In this document: piece after piece, positions 1-8,773 of the stretch
Position numbering within the stretch: the stretch's first letter is position 1
Layout of the letters: every line of letters begins with the position of its first letter
Assembly (NCBI GenBank): GCA_963771175.1
Contig: CAVYSY010000033.1
Location: 384,001-448,000 of the forward strand
Reading direction: 5' to 3'
DNA: 64,000 nt
Source: an uncultured delta proteobacterium
GTDB lineage: Bacteria; Myxococcota; Myxococcia; Myxococcales; Myxococcaceae
Position numbers and translations under genes: made by a program
The notes under the pieces: model-generated
What the model was told of the DNA's origin: nothing
Database searches by the model: none
What the model saw: the letters and a program-made list of their open reading frames with translations, nothing else

Positions 1-1379
1 GTGATGAAGAGGATGGGCAGCTCCCGCCACTCGGGCATGGAGCGCACGATGCGGCACAGGTCGAACCCGCTGGGGCCTGGCATCTCCACATCCAGCAGCA
101 GCAGGTCCGGCCGGTGCTCGGCCAGCGCCTCCACCAGGCGATAGGGGTCTCCTATCCCCACCACCTCCACCAGGGCGCTGGTCAGGGCGGCGCTGAGGAC
201 ACGCACCGCTTCGGGGTCATCATCCAGCACCAGCACGCGTGAGCGTTCCGGGCGTCGGGCGGCCACCATCCGCTCCACCGCCTCCGTCAGGTCACGCGCG
301 GAGAAGGGCCGGGGCAGGTAGAGGGACGCACCGGCATGGGCCGCCGCCACCCGGTAGGCCACGTCTCCCTCCGTTCCGAAGAAGGCCAGCGGCAGGGACT
401 GCAACCCGTCCTCACCGCGCAATCGCGCCGCCGTGGTGAAGCCTCCCTCCCGGCCTCCCAGGTTGACGTGCAGCAGCGCTCCATCCAGCTCCCGCCGCCG
501 CGCGGCCGCCACCACCTCGTCCGCGCTGCGAGCCGTCACCACCCGCACCAGCAGGTCCTTCCCCATCCGCTCCACTTCGGCCAGCCACGCCTCATCCTCG
601 TCCGCCACCAACACCGTGCCCTGGGATTGCACCGGGCCCGCGCTCTCCACCAGCGTGGACACCGCGCCCTGGGCCACCTCGGCCAGTTCTCGCAACGCCC
701 TGCGCACGGAGCCCGGGTCCACCGGGGCCTTGTCGTCCCGGGCCTGTTTCAGCAATGCCTCCAGGCGCCCCGCCGCCGCGCTCACGGCGCCGAAGCCACA
801 GGAGCCCGCCGTCCCATGCAGCTTGTGGGCATGCAGGTACGCCTCCCGCAGGGACTCGCGCTCGCCTTGCAGCACCCGATCCACCACCGCCGTCAGCAGC
901 CGGATCTTCTCTCCCAGCTGGGCGCCATACTCGGAGCTCAGCGCCGCCATGGCGGTGATCACCTCGTCACTGGCGCCCTCCAACAGCGACGCGGAGCGCG
1001 AGTCCGCTGGCTCGGCCAGCACCTGCTCCACCCAGAAGAACAGCTCCTGGGGGGTGTAGGGCTTGTGCACCACCCGCGCCACCCTGAGCTGCCGGTTGAG
1101 GTGGTCGTGGCTCGTGAGATCCTTCCAGAAGGCGGAGGCGAAGACGATGGGGAGGGTCGGCTCCGTCTGGCGCAGTTCCTGGATGAACTCCACCCCGCTC
1201 ATCCCCGGGAGCATTCCATCCACGATGGTGGCGTCCACCCGGACGCGTGCCAGCACCTCGCGCGCCTCCGCGGCGGTTCGGGCCGACTCCACACGGTAGC
1301 CCCGATCACGCAGGTAGGTGGAGATGAGCGACTGCAGGTCTGCATCGTCATCGAGGAAGAGAAGCGTTCCGCGACTCAT
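1..1379 (-). CDS. Multidomain response regulator (REC-Hpt-pseudoREC-REC), runs off the window's left edge; output domain not visible
   Basis: Manual translation from ATG 1379 (GAGGTG RBS): MSRGTLLFLDDD...IVDGMLPG (REC), HKLHGTAGSCGF (Hpt), GALLHVNL (REC with Asp->His), RVLVLDDD...LLLDVEMPG (REC). Absent from the ORF track because it has no stop codon in the window. Confidence 0.9.
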   Translation of the reverse strand, partial: MSRGTLLFLDDDADLQSLISTYLRDRGYRVESARTAAEAREVLARVRVDATIVDGMLPGMSGVEFIQELRQTEPTLPIVFASAFWKDLTSHDHLNRQLRVARVVHKPYTPQELFFWVEQVLAEPADSRSASLLEGASDEVITAMAALSSEYGAQLGEKIRLLTAVVDRVLQGERESLREAYLHAHKLHGTAGSCGFGAVSAAAGRLEALLKQARDDKAPVDPGSVRRALRELAEVAQGAVSTLVESAGPVQSQGTVLVADEDEAWLAEVERMGKDLLVRVVTARSADEVVAAARRRELDGALLHVNLGGREGGFTTAARLRGEDGLQSLPLAFFGTEGDVAYRVAAAHAGASLYLPRPFSARDLTEAVERMVAARRPERSRVLVLDDDPEAVRVLSAALTSALVEVVGIGDPYRLVEALAEHRPDLLLLDVEMPGPSGFDLCRIVRSMPEWRELPILFI

Positions 1380-1486
1380 ACGGACACCTCGGGCGGGGCG
1401 GGTGGAATCATGGGAGGGCTCGCAGGGAGGCGGGCGGGTATGGCGTGCCAGTCTAGCGAGGCCGAATCGGGGACGGGCGTGCATGT

Positions 1487-1770
1487 TCAGTGAAGCACCT
1501 CACTTCACGCGGAGTGGTGCTCCAACTGCACCGGCTCGGCCCACTCCTCCGCGAAGCGCCCCTGCGCTGCGGCCATGTCCTGGCGCCTCCGCTCGCCCCA
1601 GCGCTTCGAGCAGGTGGGACAAGCAAGCGGTGCGCTGGGTGCGCAGGCGCTACGGGCAAGCCCACTCGCCCGCGGCCCCCAGCAGCGTCTTGGCGTGGAG
1701 GTCCTCCGCGAAGAGGCCGGAGAGGAATTCATGGACCTGCTGCTCGTTGATAAATGAGGGGATGCCTGAG
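1487..1770 (-). mobile_element. Internally deleted IS4-like element remnant (MITE-like)
   Basis: Minus strand reads INEQQVHEFLSGLFAEDLHAK joined directly to TLLGAAGE; I recognise these as N- and C-terminal segments of myxobacterial IS4-family transposases. End sequence aaatgaggggatgcctgag at 1752-1770, with a degenerate inverted counterpart near 1487-1506. Confidence 0.55.
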
Positions 1771-1871
1771 GGGATAGACGTTACCGCGCCAACGCGAGGG
1801 GTGACGGCGGCGAGCACGCTGGTACACCTGGTCGCGCTGTGCCAGCAGTTGAGCCTCGCGGCCGGACGCGC

Positions 1872-2567
1872 CTACCCGCCGGAAGCGAGCTTCTTTCGCC
1901 GAGCAAGCTCCGCTTCGGTCGGCTTGTCCAACGCGAACGACCCGGTCTTCACCTCTCCGGCGCGTTCGTACGTCGCGATGACGACACCAGTCGGTGAGAC
2001 AGCGGACTTCGTGAGCTTCAATGCACCGGGCGCGATGCCGGGCCCGAACAGCCGTTTCCCCCGGCCGAGCAGCACCGGGTAGATGAGGAGACGCAGCTCA
2101 TCGACGAGCTGATCCGCGAGCAACGTCTGGAGCAGCTCGCTGCTGCCCTGAACGAGCAACACCGGACCCTCCTGCTTCTTGAGCGCGCGCACCGCGTCCG
2201 CGACGTCCTCGCCGAGCCACTGCGTGTTCTTCCAGGTGAGCGTCTCGGGGGAGTGGGTGGCCACGTACTTGGTCGCGCGGTTGAACGTCTCCGCGACCTG
2301 AGCGTTCAGCGTGTCGAAGGTGCTCTTCGAAGGATCGGTCTGGATGTAGGGCCAATACGCCGCGAAGATGTCGTAGGTGCGCCGGCCGAGAAGAAGGTCG
2401 AAGGGCTGCGAAAAGCCTTCGCCGAGCGACGCACCAATGGTGTCATCCGAATACGGCATCGTCCAGCCGCCGAACTGGAAGCCACCGGTCGGATCCTCCT
2501 CCGGACCACCCGGCGCCTGCATCACGCCATCGAGACTGACGAATACTCCGGCCACGACTCTTCGCAT
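1872..2567 (-). CDS. Dihydrofolate reductase family / RibD C-terminal domain protein
   Basis: MRRVVAGVFVSLDGVMQAPGG, LLLGRRTY, VQGSSEL, LVDELRLLIYPVLLGRGKRLF; aaggag RBS. Confidence 0.92.
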   Translation of the reverse strand: MRRVVAGVFVSLDGVMQAPGGPEEDPTGGFQFGGWTMPYSDDTIGASLGEGFSQPFDLLLGRRTYDIFAAYWPYIQTDPSKSTFDTLNAQVAETFNRATKYVATHSPETLTWKNTQWLGEDVADAVRALKKQEGPVLLVQGSSELLQTLLADQLVDELRLLIYPVLLGRGKRLFGPGIAPGALKLTKSAVSPTGVVIATYERAGEVKTGSFALDKPTEAELARRKKLASGG

Positions 2568-2600
2568 GGAGCTGCTCCTTCGAAAGGGGTTCAGACCTAC

Positions 2601-2627
2601 GACGAACGGTCCCGGCGGGGATCGACA
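2601..2627 (-). promoter_or_regulatory. Putative ECF sigma promoter (TGTCGA-N17-CGTC, ECF42-type) upstream of the DHFR-family gene
   Basis: Minus strand tgtcga tccccgccgggaccgtt cgtc, preceded by an A-tract, about 35 nt upstream of the ATG. Confidence 0.5.
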
Positions 2628-2951
2628 TGGCCGCGAAGATTTTTTCCCGGTCCGCGGCAGTGCAGGGCCGACACGAGCCGGCTCCACAGCTCGCCGCCGG
2701 TACGGCCATCATCGGCGGAGAGTGAGCGTGTCCATGCACGGTAGCCAGGCCCAGCCCGGGCCTCGTCGTTGTCGAACCTTCATGAATGTTCCCCCTTGAG
2801 GAGCCAGAGGCTCCCGCCGCGAAGCTCTACACGGCCCTGCCCGCCTTCAAGCGACCTGCACCGGGGGGAGAGGCGAGCGGCAATGGGGCATAGGAAAGCC
2901 CAGCACTCATCACGTACACTGCTCATCCCTGGACCTCCTTCGAAACAGCCG

Positions 2952-3398
2952 TCACGGGCCCGCGGGCGCAGCGGGTCCGTAGAGCTCGAGCTCCGAGACA
3001 GAGTACGAGTTGTCTTCCCACTCCAGCACCCCCATGTGGCACACGGCTGACCTGGCCGCACTGGCTTGAGGAGAGCGGCAGGGAGTTGTGGGTCGTGGCT
3101 GCGCCAAACTCAACACCACGCCTGCTGGGGTAGCCCCTGCGCCGGGGCTCGCCTGGCAGGCCGCGTGGGCAGTCCCAGGTGCTCCACAATGGCGCGCCCC
3201 CCGCTGGGTGCTGTCTCGTACGCCAGCACTCGCCGCCTGCCTCCACACCTCACGCAGGCTCACGCCTCCCTCCCCTGGCACGAAGACTCCGTCCGGTACC
3301 AGCGCATGGGTGACCCGCCAAGCTCTTACTCGACTTCCCTGAAGGGGGTTGGCACACGCCCCCACCCACTCGGGAGAGGTCCCCGGGCAGGCGAGCAC
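2952..3398 (-). CDS. Possible small or degenerate ORF directly downstream of the vWA gene (discoidin-like C-terminus?)
   Basis: Starts 4 nt after the vWA gene stop and ends ...NSYSVSELELYGP; the middle does not read like a protein and may be frameshifted. Confidence 0.25.
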   Translation of the reverse strand: MLACPGTSPEWVGACANPLQGSRVRAWRVTHALVPDGVFVPGEGGVSLREVWRQAASAGVRDSTQRGARHCGAPGTAHAACQASPGAGATPAGVVLSLAQPRPTTPCRSPQASAARSAVCHMGVLEWEDNSYSVSELELYGPAAPAGP

Positions 3399-3402
3399 TC
3401 GC

Positions 3403-5481
3403 TCAACTCCACTTCATGTAGAGGTTGCCCACCCGGTACACCATGTTGGGCGTGTACCCGAGCGCCAGTTCCTCGGCCGGTACGGGCTCCCACTTCCCGG
3501 TGCGCTGCACCTTTCGCTCGAGCCCTCCCGCGGTGACGAAGCGCGTGGAGCCACCGGGCCCCGCTTCGAGCACGAGCACGGCCGCACGCGGAGAGCGCAC
3601 GAAGTCGCCTCCCGCGTTCAGGCACATCCGGGCGTTGCGGTAGAAACCACGGGTGCCACCGGGAGTCTCGCGCAGAGTGAGGGCCGAGGCGCGCTTGAGC
3701 CCCATCTCCGAGCCCGCCACGTAGACGCTGGCGGCCGGGTCGAAGTCGCTCGGCCGGACGAAGCCCATGACGACCCAGCCGAAGAAGAGCATGCCCCCCG
3801 CCAGGGCGAGCCAGGGCCACCAGCAGCGCAGCCAGCCCGTCTCCGACACCCTCACGAGTGCCGGGACCGTCACGGCGGCGGCGGCGTAGTGCGGGTGGCC
3901 GGCGGCGAAGAGCACCCCGATTCCCGGCGGGGCGAGCTGTCCGCAGCACCCCTCGGCGACGAAGCAGATTTCATACTTGAGCGGCTGTCCCTTGCGGCCA
4001 TTGCCCAGGTCCGCCTCGGAGCCCGCGACGGGCGCGCAGGAGAGCAGGCCTCCCTCCACAATCCCCTGCGCGGTGCAGGAGATGGGGACACGGTCCGCGT
4101 TGGTGGAGCGAGACAGGTCCACCACCGAGCACCGGCGCGTCTCGCTTCGCTCTCCCCGCCACTCGCCGAAGTCGAGCGAGGCCGGATTGGGCACCAGGGC
4201 GAGGTCGAGGAAGCCCTCCACCTGCACGGCCCGGCGCGCGCTCTGCTCCATCCACGCGTTGCGGAAGGTCACCGACACCGGCGTGGACGCGCCGTCCCGC
4301 GAGGGCTCCGAGGGCGTCCAGTCCGCCACGAAGCGCCCTCCCCCGGTGTGGCGCAGGGGCACCTCCTGGCCGTCGATGGTGGCCACTGCCGCGAAGCCGT
4401 CCGCCTGGAAGAAGGTCTCGTCGTCGAAGGTCTTCCCGCGGAAGAGCAGCCGTGCGTCGAGCTGCACCGGCTCGCCTACTCGCGCGGTGGGAGGCACGGC
4501 TAGCGAGGCCTCGAGGTCGTACCGAAGGATGAGGCCGTAATCGATGTCGCCCGACCCCTTCGGCAGCGACAGCGTCCAGCGACTGCGCGCGTCCGGCGAG
4601 TTGGGCGCACGAAAGACCTGGTAGTTGCGGTGCGGGGGCCGGCACAGCTTGGGCGCGTTGGCGTAACGGAGATTCGGCGGGCAGCCGTTGTCACCCGAGG
4701 CCTGGGACGGGACGTTGCCCTGGGGCCCCTCCAGCTTCGCGGTATAGGCGGGCCCGGGCGAGGCGGACGCCGTGGCCACCAGCACCTCCACCACGTACTT
4801 GCCCACCTCGAAAGTCTTCGACTGGCCGGGGGACAGCGAGCCCGTCTCCGGCCGTGAGCCGAGGACGCGGGCATAGCCCCGGGTGAAGGCGCCAATCACC
4901 TCGCGCGGCGTCTGGACGAAGACGAGGTCCTGCGGGTTGCGCGCCAGCGGACGGAGGAACTGCTCGCCCGTCTGGCGGACCTCGTCGCTGCCGAAGAGGC
5001 CGATGACCAGCGTCTCGAAGTCGGCCGACTCGGAGAGGCCAAGGGACCGGGGACCCTCGGAGGGGTCCCTCAGGTCCTCGGGGATGCCGTCGGTGAAGAA
5101 GAGGAACAGCCGGTTCTGGAGCGCCGAGCTTCGCAGCCGGTTGCCCGCCTCTTCCAGCGGGCGGCGGAAGAAGGTGCCGTTCGCGTAGGGCAGCGCGCGA
5201 ATGTCGTCCGCGCTCTGGGCCGGGCGAGGCGGGGCGTCCTTGCCATCACCAAAGGCCAGCACGCTGACCCGGTCGGCCGAGCCACGTGCCAGTCCCTCGA
5301 CGACGAGCGTGCCGAGCACCGCGGCGCGCTCGGGGTCATTGGGAGGCACCCGGCGCCCCGTCGTCTGGTCCCGGGCCTCCACGCCCATGGAGCACGAGTT
5401 GTCGAGGATGAGGACGATCTCGTTGCCACCGCCGGCCGCGCCGGTGAGGAGCAGGGGCAGGACGAGCTGCGCGAACGTCAT
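3403..5481 (-). CDS. Single-pass membrane protein: signal peptide, vWA (MIDAS) domain, beta-rich Cys-containing ectodomain, TM, ~120-aa cytoplasmic domain
   Basis: IVLILDNSCSMG (DxSxS), LFFTDG, TM WWPWLALAGGMLFFGWVVMGF; 692-aa ORF. Confidence 0.88.
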   Translation of the reverse strand: MTFAQLVLPLLLTGAAGGGNEIVLILDNSCSMGVEARDQTTGRRVPPNDPERAAVLGTLVVEGLARGSADRVSVLAFGDGKDAPPRPAQSADDIRALPYANGTFFRRPLEEAGNRLRSSALQNRLFLFFTDGIPEDLRDPSEGPRSLGLSESADFETLVIGLFGSDEVRQTGEQFLRPLARNPQDLVFVQTPREVIGAFTRGYARVLGSRPETGSLSPGQSKTFEVGKYVVEVLVATASASPGPAYTAKLEGPQGNVPSQASGDNGCPPNLRYANAPKLCRPPHRNYQVFRAPNSPDARSRWTLSLPKGSGDIDYGLILRYDLEASLAVPPTARVGEPVQLDARLLFRGKTFDDETFFQADGFAAVATIDGQEVPLRHTGGGRFVADWTPSEPSRDGASTPVSVTFRNAWMEQSARRAVQVEGFLDLALVPNPASLDFGEWRGERSETRRCSVVDLSRSTNADRVPISCTAQGIVEGGLLSCAPVAGSEADLGNGRKGQPLKYEICFVAEGCCGQLAPPGIGVLFAAGHPHYAAAAVTVPALVRVSETGWLRCWWPWLALAGGMLFFGWVVMGFVRPSDFDPAASVYVAGSEMGLKRASALTLRETPGGTRGFYRNARMCLNAGGDFVRSPRAAVLVLEAGPGGSTRFVTAGGLERKVQRTGKWEPVPAEELALGYTPNMVYRVGNLYMKWS

Positions 5482-7664
5482 CTAGAGCTCCACCTTGAAG
5501 TACGTGCCCCCGGCCCGGTACAGCACCGAGGGGGAAGGAACGTGTCCCTGGGCCAGGTCCGTCACCGGCTCCCACTTGAGGGTGCGGCGATCCTGCTGCT
5601 CCAGGGGGCCACTGCCCTGTCAGCACCACACCGGCACCGCGGGTGGCGCGAAGCACGATGGGCGCGTTCCGGATGCGGCCATTCACCTCGCCATCGCCGT
5701 GCAGGCCCAGCCGGGCATCCCGGAAGAAGCCGGGACTGCTGCCGGGGCAGTCTTGGAGGAGGATGGCGGCGGCCTGTCGCATGCCGCGATCGCTCCCGGC
5801 CACGCGGATGGACGTGCCGGGCGGGAAGCGCGAGGGCTGGGTGAAGCCGGCGAGCAGCACACCGAAGCCGAGCAGCGCCAGCGAGGGCCACACCCACGCG
5901 CCATGGCAGCCGAGGAAGCCCTGGCCCTCGACCTTCCAGCGCAGACGCACCGTCTTCTCCTGGGCCTTGAACTCGGGGGTGAGCGGCACCACGCGCAGCA
6001 CGGCCGAGTCCGGCGACACGTCCCCGGCGCACCGAGGCACCTCCAGGCAGATGTCGAGTCGGCGCTCCCTCGGGTCCAACGCATCGATGCCGAGCGAGGG
6101 CAACAAGCCGCGCACGTCCGCCTGTCCCAGCGCATTGAGGAAGCTGAGCACCGGGCGAGCCTGGCAGCCGTCGAGCCCCTCGGCGCGCAACTCCCAGCGG
6201 TGCTCCTCGGCGCCCTGGGAGCGGCTGAAGTCGAGCTTCTGGCAGGCCTCCGTCACGGCGGTGCCCGCGGCGATGGTGCCGAAGTCCAGCGTCTCCGGCA
6301 GCTCCAGCCTGAGCTGGGGGCGCACCCGCACTTCGTGCGCGGGCATCGAGAATGGGCCCTCGCGGCGTCTGGAACACGACCGACCAGCTCGCGGCCTGGG
6401 GCTCGGCGTAGGTGACGCTGAACTCGTACCGGTCATCCGGTCGGGGCGGCCCGCTGTAGCGCACCTCGCCGGTGTCCACCATGCGGGCCTCCACCTTGGG
6501 GTCCGCGAGGAGCGCGTCCACCTGCTGGCGACCCGTACCCGGTGCCGGGCGGAGGAGCCGAACCGTGCCCCGGCAGGGAAGCCCGGCGTAGCAGGTGCGC
6601 GGCAGCTCCGAGGTGTCGAAGCCGAGCCCGAGGTCGCTCACCGTGGCCGTGACTTCCTCCGTGGGGCACACCACGCGATCGCCCGCGCGGCCGCCCGCGC
6701 TGATGCGTACCTCGCGCGGCTTGGGGGAGGCGGGTGGCGTCCATGCGGCCGAGAGCGAGCCATCGGCGGGAATCGTCCCCGGCTTCTCCCCTTCCACCTG
6801 GACAGTGAACGCCAGCGAGAGTCCCGCGGGTGGCGAAGTCACGGGCACCTGCCCCGCCGCATCGAAGAGTCTCGCGCTCAGCAGGGTGGACTGTCCGGCC
6901 ACGAGCGCCTCATGCACGGTGGGCTGCACCACGCGCGCCCGGTAGCTGCACACCTCCACCTTCAGACTCTGGGCCTCGGAGGCCGCCGCACGGAGCTGCT
7001 CGTTCTGGGCGAGTGGCGGCGCCATGGGGACGAACTCGATACGCAAGGAGCTGGAGGGCGGAAGGGAGAACCCGGCCGACACGGTGCCGTCGGGTTGCAC
7101 GGTGCCTCGATGCTCGGAGGTCTGGCCATTCGCGTCGGTGACGCGGAAGGTGCCGCCGGTGATGCGGCGCAGCGCCCCGTGCTCATCGCGAACCGCTCCC
7201 ACCACCGTCACCTCATCCCCGGCGGTGTACGGCCCCGGGGAGATGCGCTCCACCCGAGCGTCGAGTTGCACGGGCGGAGGCGGCGGAGGGGGCGTGACGG
7301 GCTTGCCGTCGATGACGTGCGCCACCAGGTTGTCCGCGCCGTGCTTCTCCCCGTAGAGCCGCGCGCACTCGTACGGCTCCGCGCGCCGGTAGGTCCCCGA
7401 AGAGCGCGAGAGGAACTTCGGAATGCAGGTGGAGTCCTCCTCGTCGTAGCAGACGAAGCACTCCTGACCGTTGGTGACCCAGCAGTGGTAGTGCCACTTG
7501 GAGTGCATCGCGCGTACGGCCGGCATGTCGCACGCGGCCACCACGTTCGGCGGAGTCCCCTCATACCCTCCAACGCAGTAGGTGTCCCCTTCCTGCGCCC
7601 GAGCAGACGTGGCCAGCAGGAACGACACAACGGCGAGCAGCGCTGGGAGCGCGCGGGCCATCAT
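5482..7664 (-). CDS. Large single-pass membrane protein (signal peptide, Cys-rich N-domain, Ig-like region, TM, cytoplasmic domain); two frameshifts (~6345, ~5615)
   Basis: Pieced from three frames: MMARALPALLAVVSFLLATSARA...; ...MPAHEVRVRPQLRLELPETLDFG...; ...GPLEQQDRRTLKWEPV...GGTYFKVEL*. The start overlaps the PP2C stop (ATGA), and the TAG abuts the next gene's ATG. Confidence 0.78.
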
Positions 7665-8773
7665 TTCCCTCCGTCGGGAGACGGCTGTCCACCTACGGTG
7701 GGCGGTACCGGAGCCTGCTCGGGAGAGGAGGAAGCGCCACCACTCGTGGCCCTCAGCCCCAAGGCGAGGCCCACGCCCAGTGCCAGCACACCCGTCGCGA
7801 GCAGCCACCACAGGGGAACCCGGCGCCCGGATTTCCCCGTGGGTGCGACGGTCTCGGACACGGGCGGCGAAGCGGACTCGACCGTGCGCTGCTCGGGCCT
7901 CGGCGCGGCCTGTGTTGGTGCCACGGAAACAGGCGTCGGGGGCACCACCACCGAGGCCAGGGGCATCCCGTCCGGCAGCGTCTCCCGACGTCGCTCCTGG
8001 GGCTCCTGCACCACGCGCGGCACCTCCGGCTGACCCGCCACGAGGAGGATGACCGTGATGTTGTCGGCGCCTCCGCGCTCGTTGGCGATCTGGATGAGCC
8101 GCGTCACCGCGTCCTGATAGTCGCGGCCCTCGATGAGCGGGTACAGCTCGTGGTCCTCGATGAAGTCGTACAGCCCGTCGCTGCACAGCAGCACCACGTC
8201 ACCGGACTTCAGCTCCAGCGGCTCCGTCCAGACCTCGGGCTTGAAACTCTTCTGGACTCCCGGGCTTCCCCCCAGCGCCTGCACGAGTACGTGCGCGTCC
8301 GGGTGTTGCCTCGCCTCCTCGGGCGTGAGGATGCCGTGGCTGACCATCTGCGCGACCCTCGTGTGGTCTCGCGTGCGGTCGATCAGCGCGCCGGCTCGGA
8401 ACTGGTAGAGGCGGCTGTCACCCACCCAGCCGACGTAGCAGCGCCCCTCCAGCACCCAGCCGATGACGCCCGTCGTCCCCATGCCCTCCACGCCTCGAGT
8501 GAGCGAGGTCTCGACCACGGCCTGGTTGGCCTCGACGAACGCCTGATAGAGGGCGCGGGGCGGGTTCTCGGGCGAGCTGGCGGAGATGACCTCGACGATG
8601 CGATCGCTGGCCACCTGGCTGGCCACCTCACCGGCCTCGTGGCCACCCATGCCGTCACAGACGACGAGCAGCCGCGAGCCATCCGGCGGGGCGGCGACGC
8701 GGAAGGAGTCCTCGTTCTGGGCGCGCTGGCGCCCCACGTCGGAGCTCCCGTGGATGTAGAGCGGGAGGCTCAT
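7661..8773 (-). CDS. PP2C/PPM-family Ser/Thr phosphatase (Stp1/PrpC-like) with C-terminal TM
   Basis: SDVGRQRAQNED, VCDGMGGH, GMGTT, VGDSR, LLCSDGL, GGADNIT; TM LWWLLATGVLALGVGLALGL. Confidence 0.95.
   Translation of the reverse strand: MSLPLYIHGSSDVGRQRAQNEDSFRVAAPPDGSRLLVVCDGMGGHEAGEVASQVASDRIVEVISASSPENPPRALYQAFVEANQAVVETSLTRGVEGMGTTGVIGWVLEGRCYVGWVGDSRLYQFRAGALIDRTRDHTRVAQMVSHGILTPEEARQHPDAHVLVQALGGSPGVQKSFKPEVWTEPLELKSGDVVLLCSDGLYDFIEDHELYPLIEGRDYQDAVTRLIQIANERGGADNITVILLVAGQPEVPRVVQEPQERRRETLPDGMPLASVVVPPTPVSVAPTQAAPRPEQRTVESASPPVSETVAPTGKSGRRVPLWWLLATGVLALGVGLALGLRATSGGASSSPEQAPVPPTVGGQPSPDGGK

Noticed and set aside
1434..1450. TGGCACG sigma-54 -24-like element upstream of the regulator (minus strand)
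   Set aside because: No correctly spaced TTGC -12 element
336..1493. 385-aa plus-strand ORF, and similar long ORFs at 25121-30373, 34936-38064 and 51355-54450
   Set aside because: Antisense shadows of real high-GC genes, with no recognisable motifs
2690..2950. Short ORFs between the DHFR-family gene and the vWA operon
   Set aside because: No motif, RBS or consistent codon bias; possibly decayed sequence
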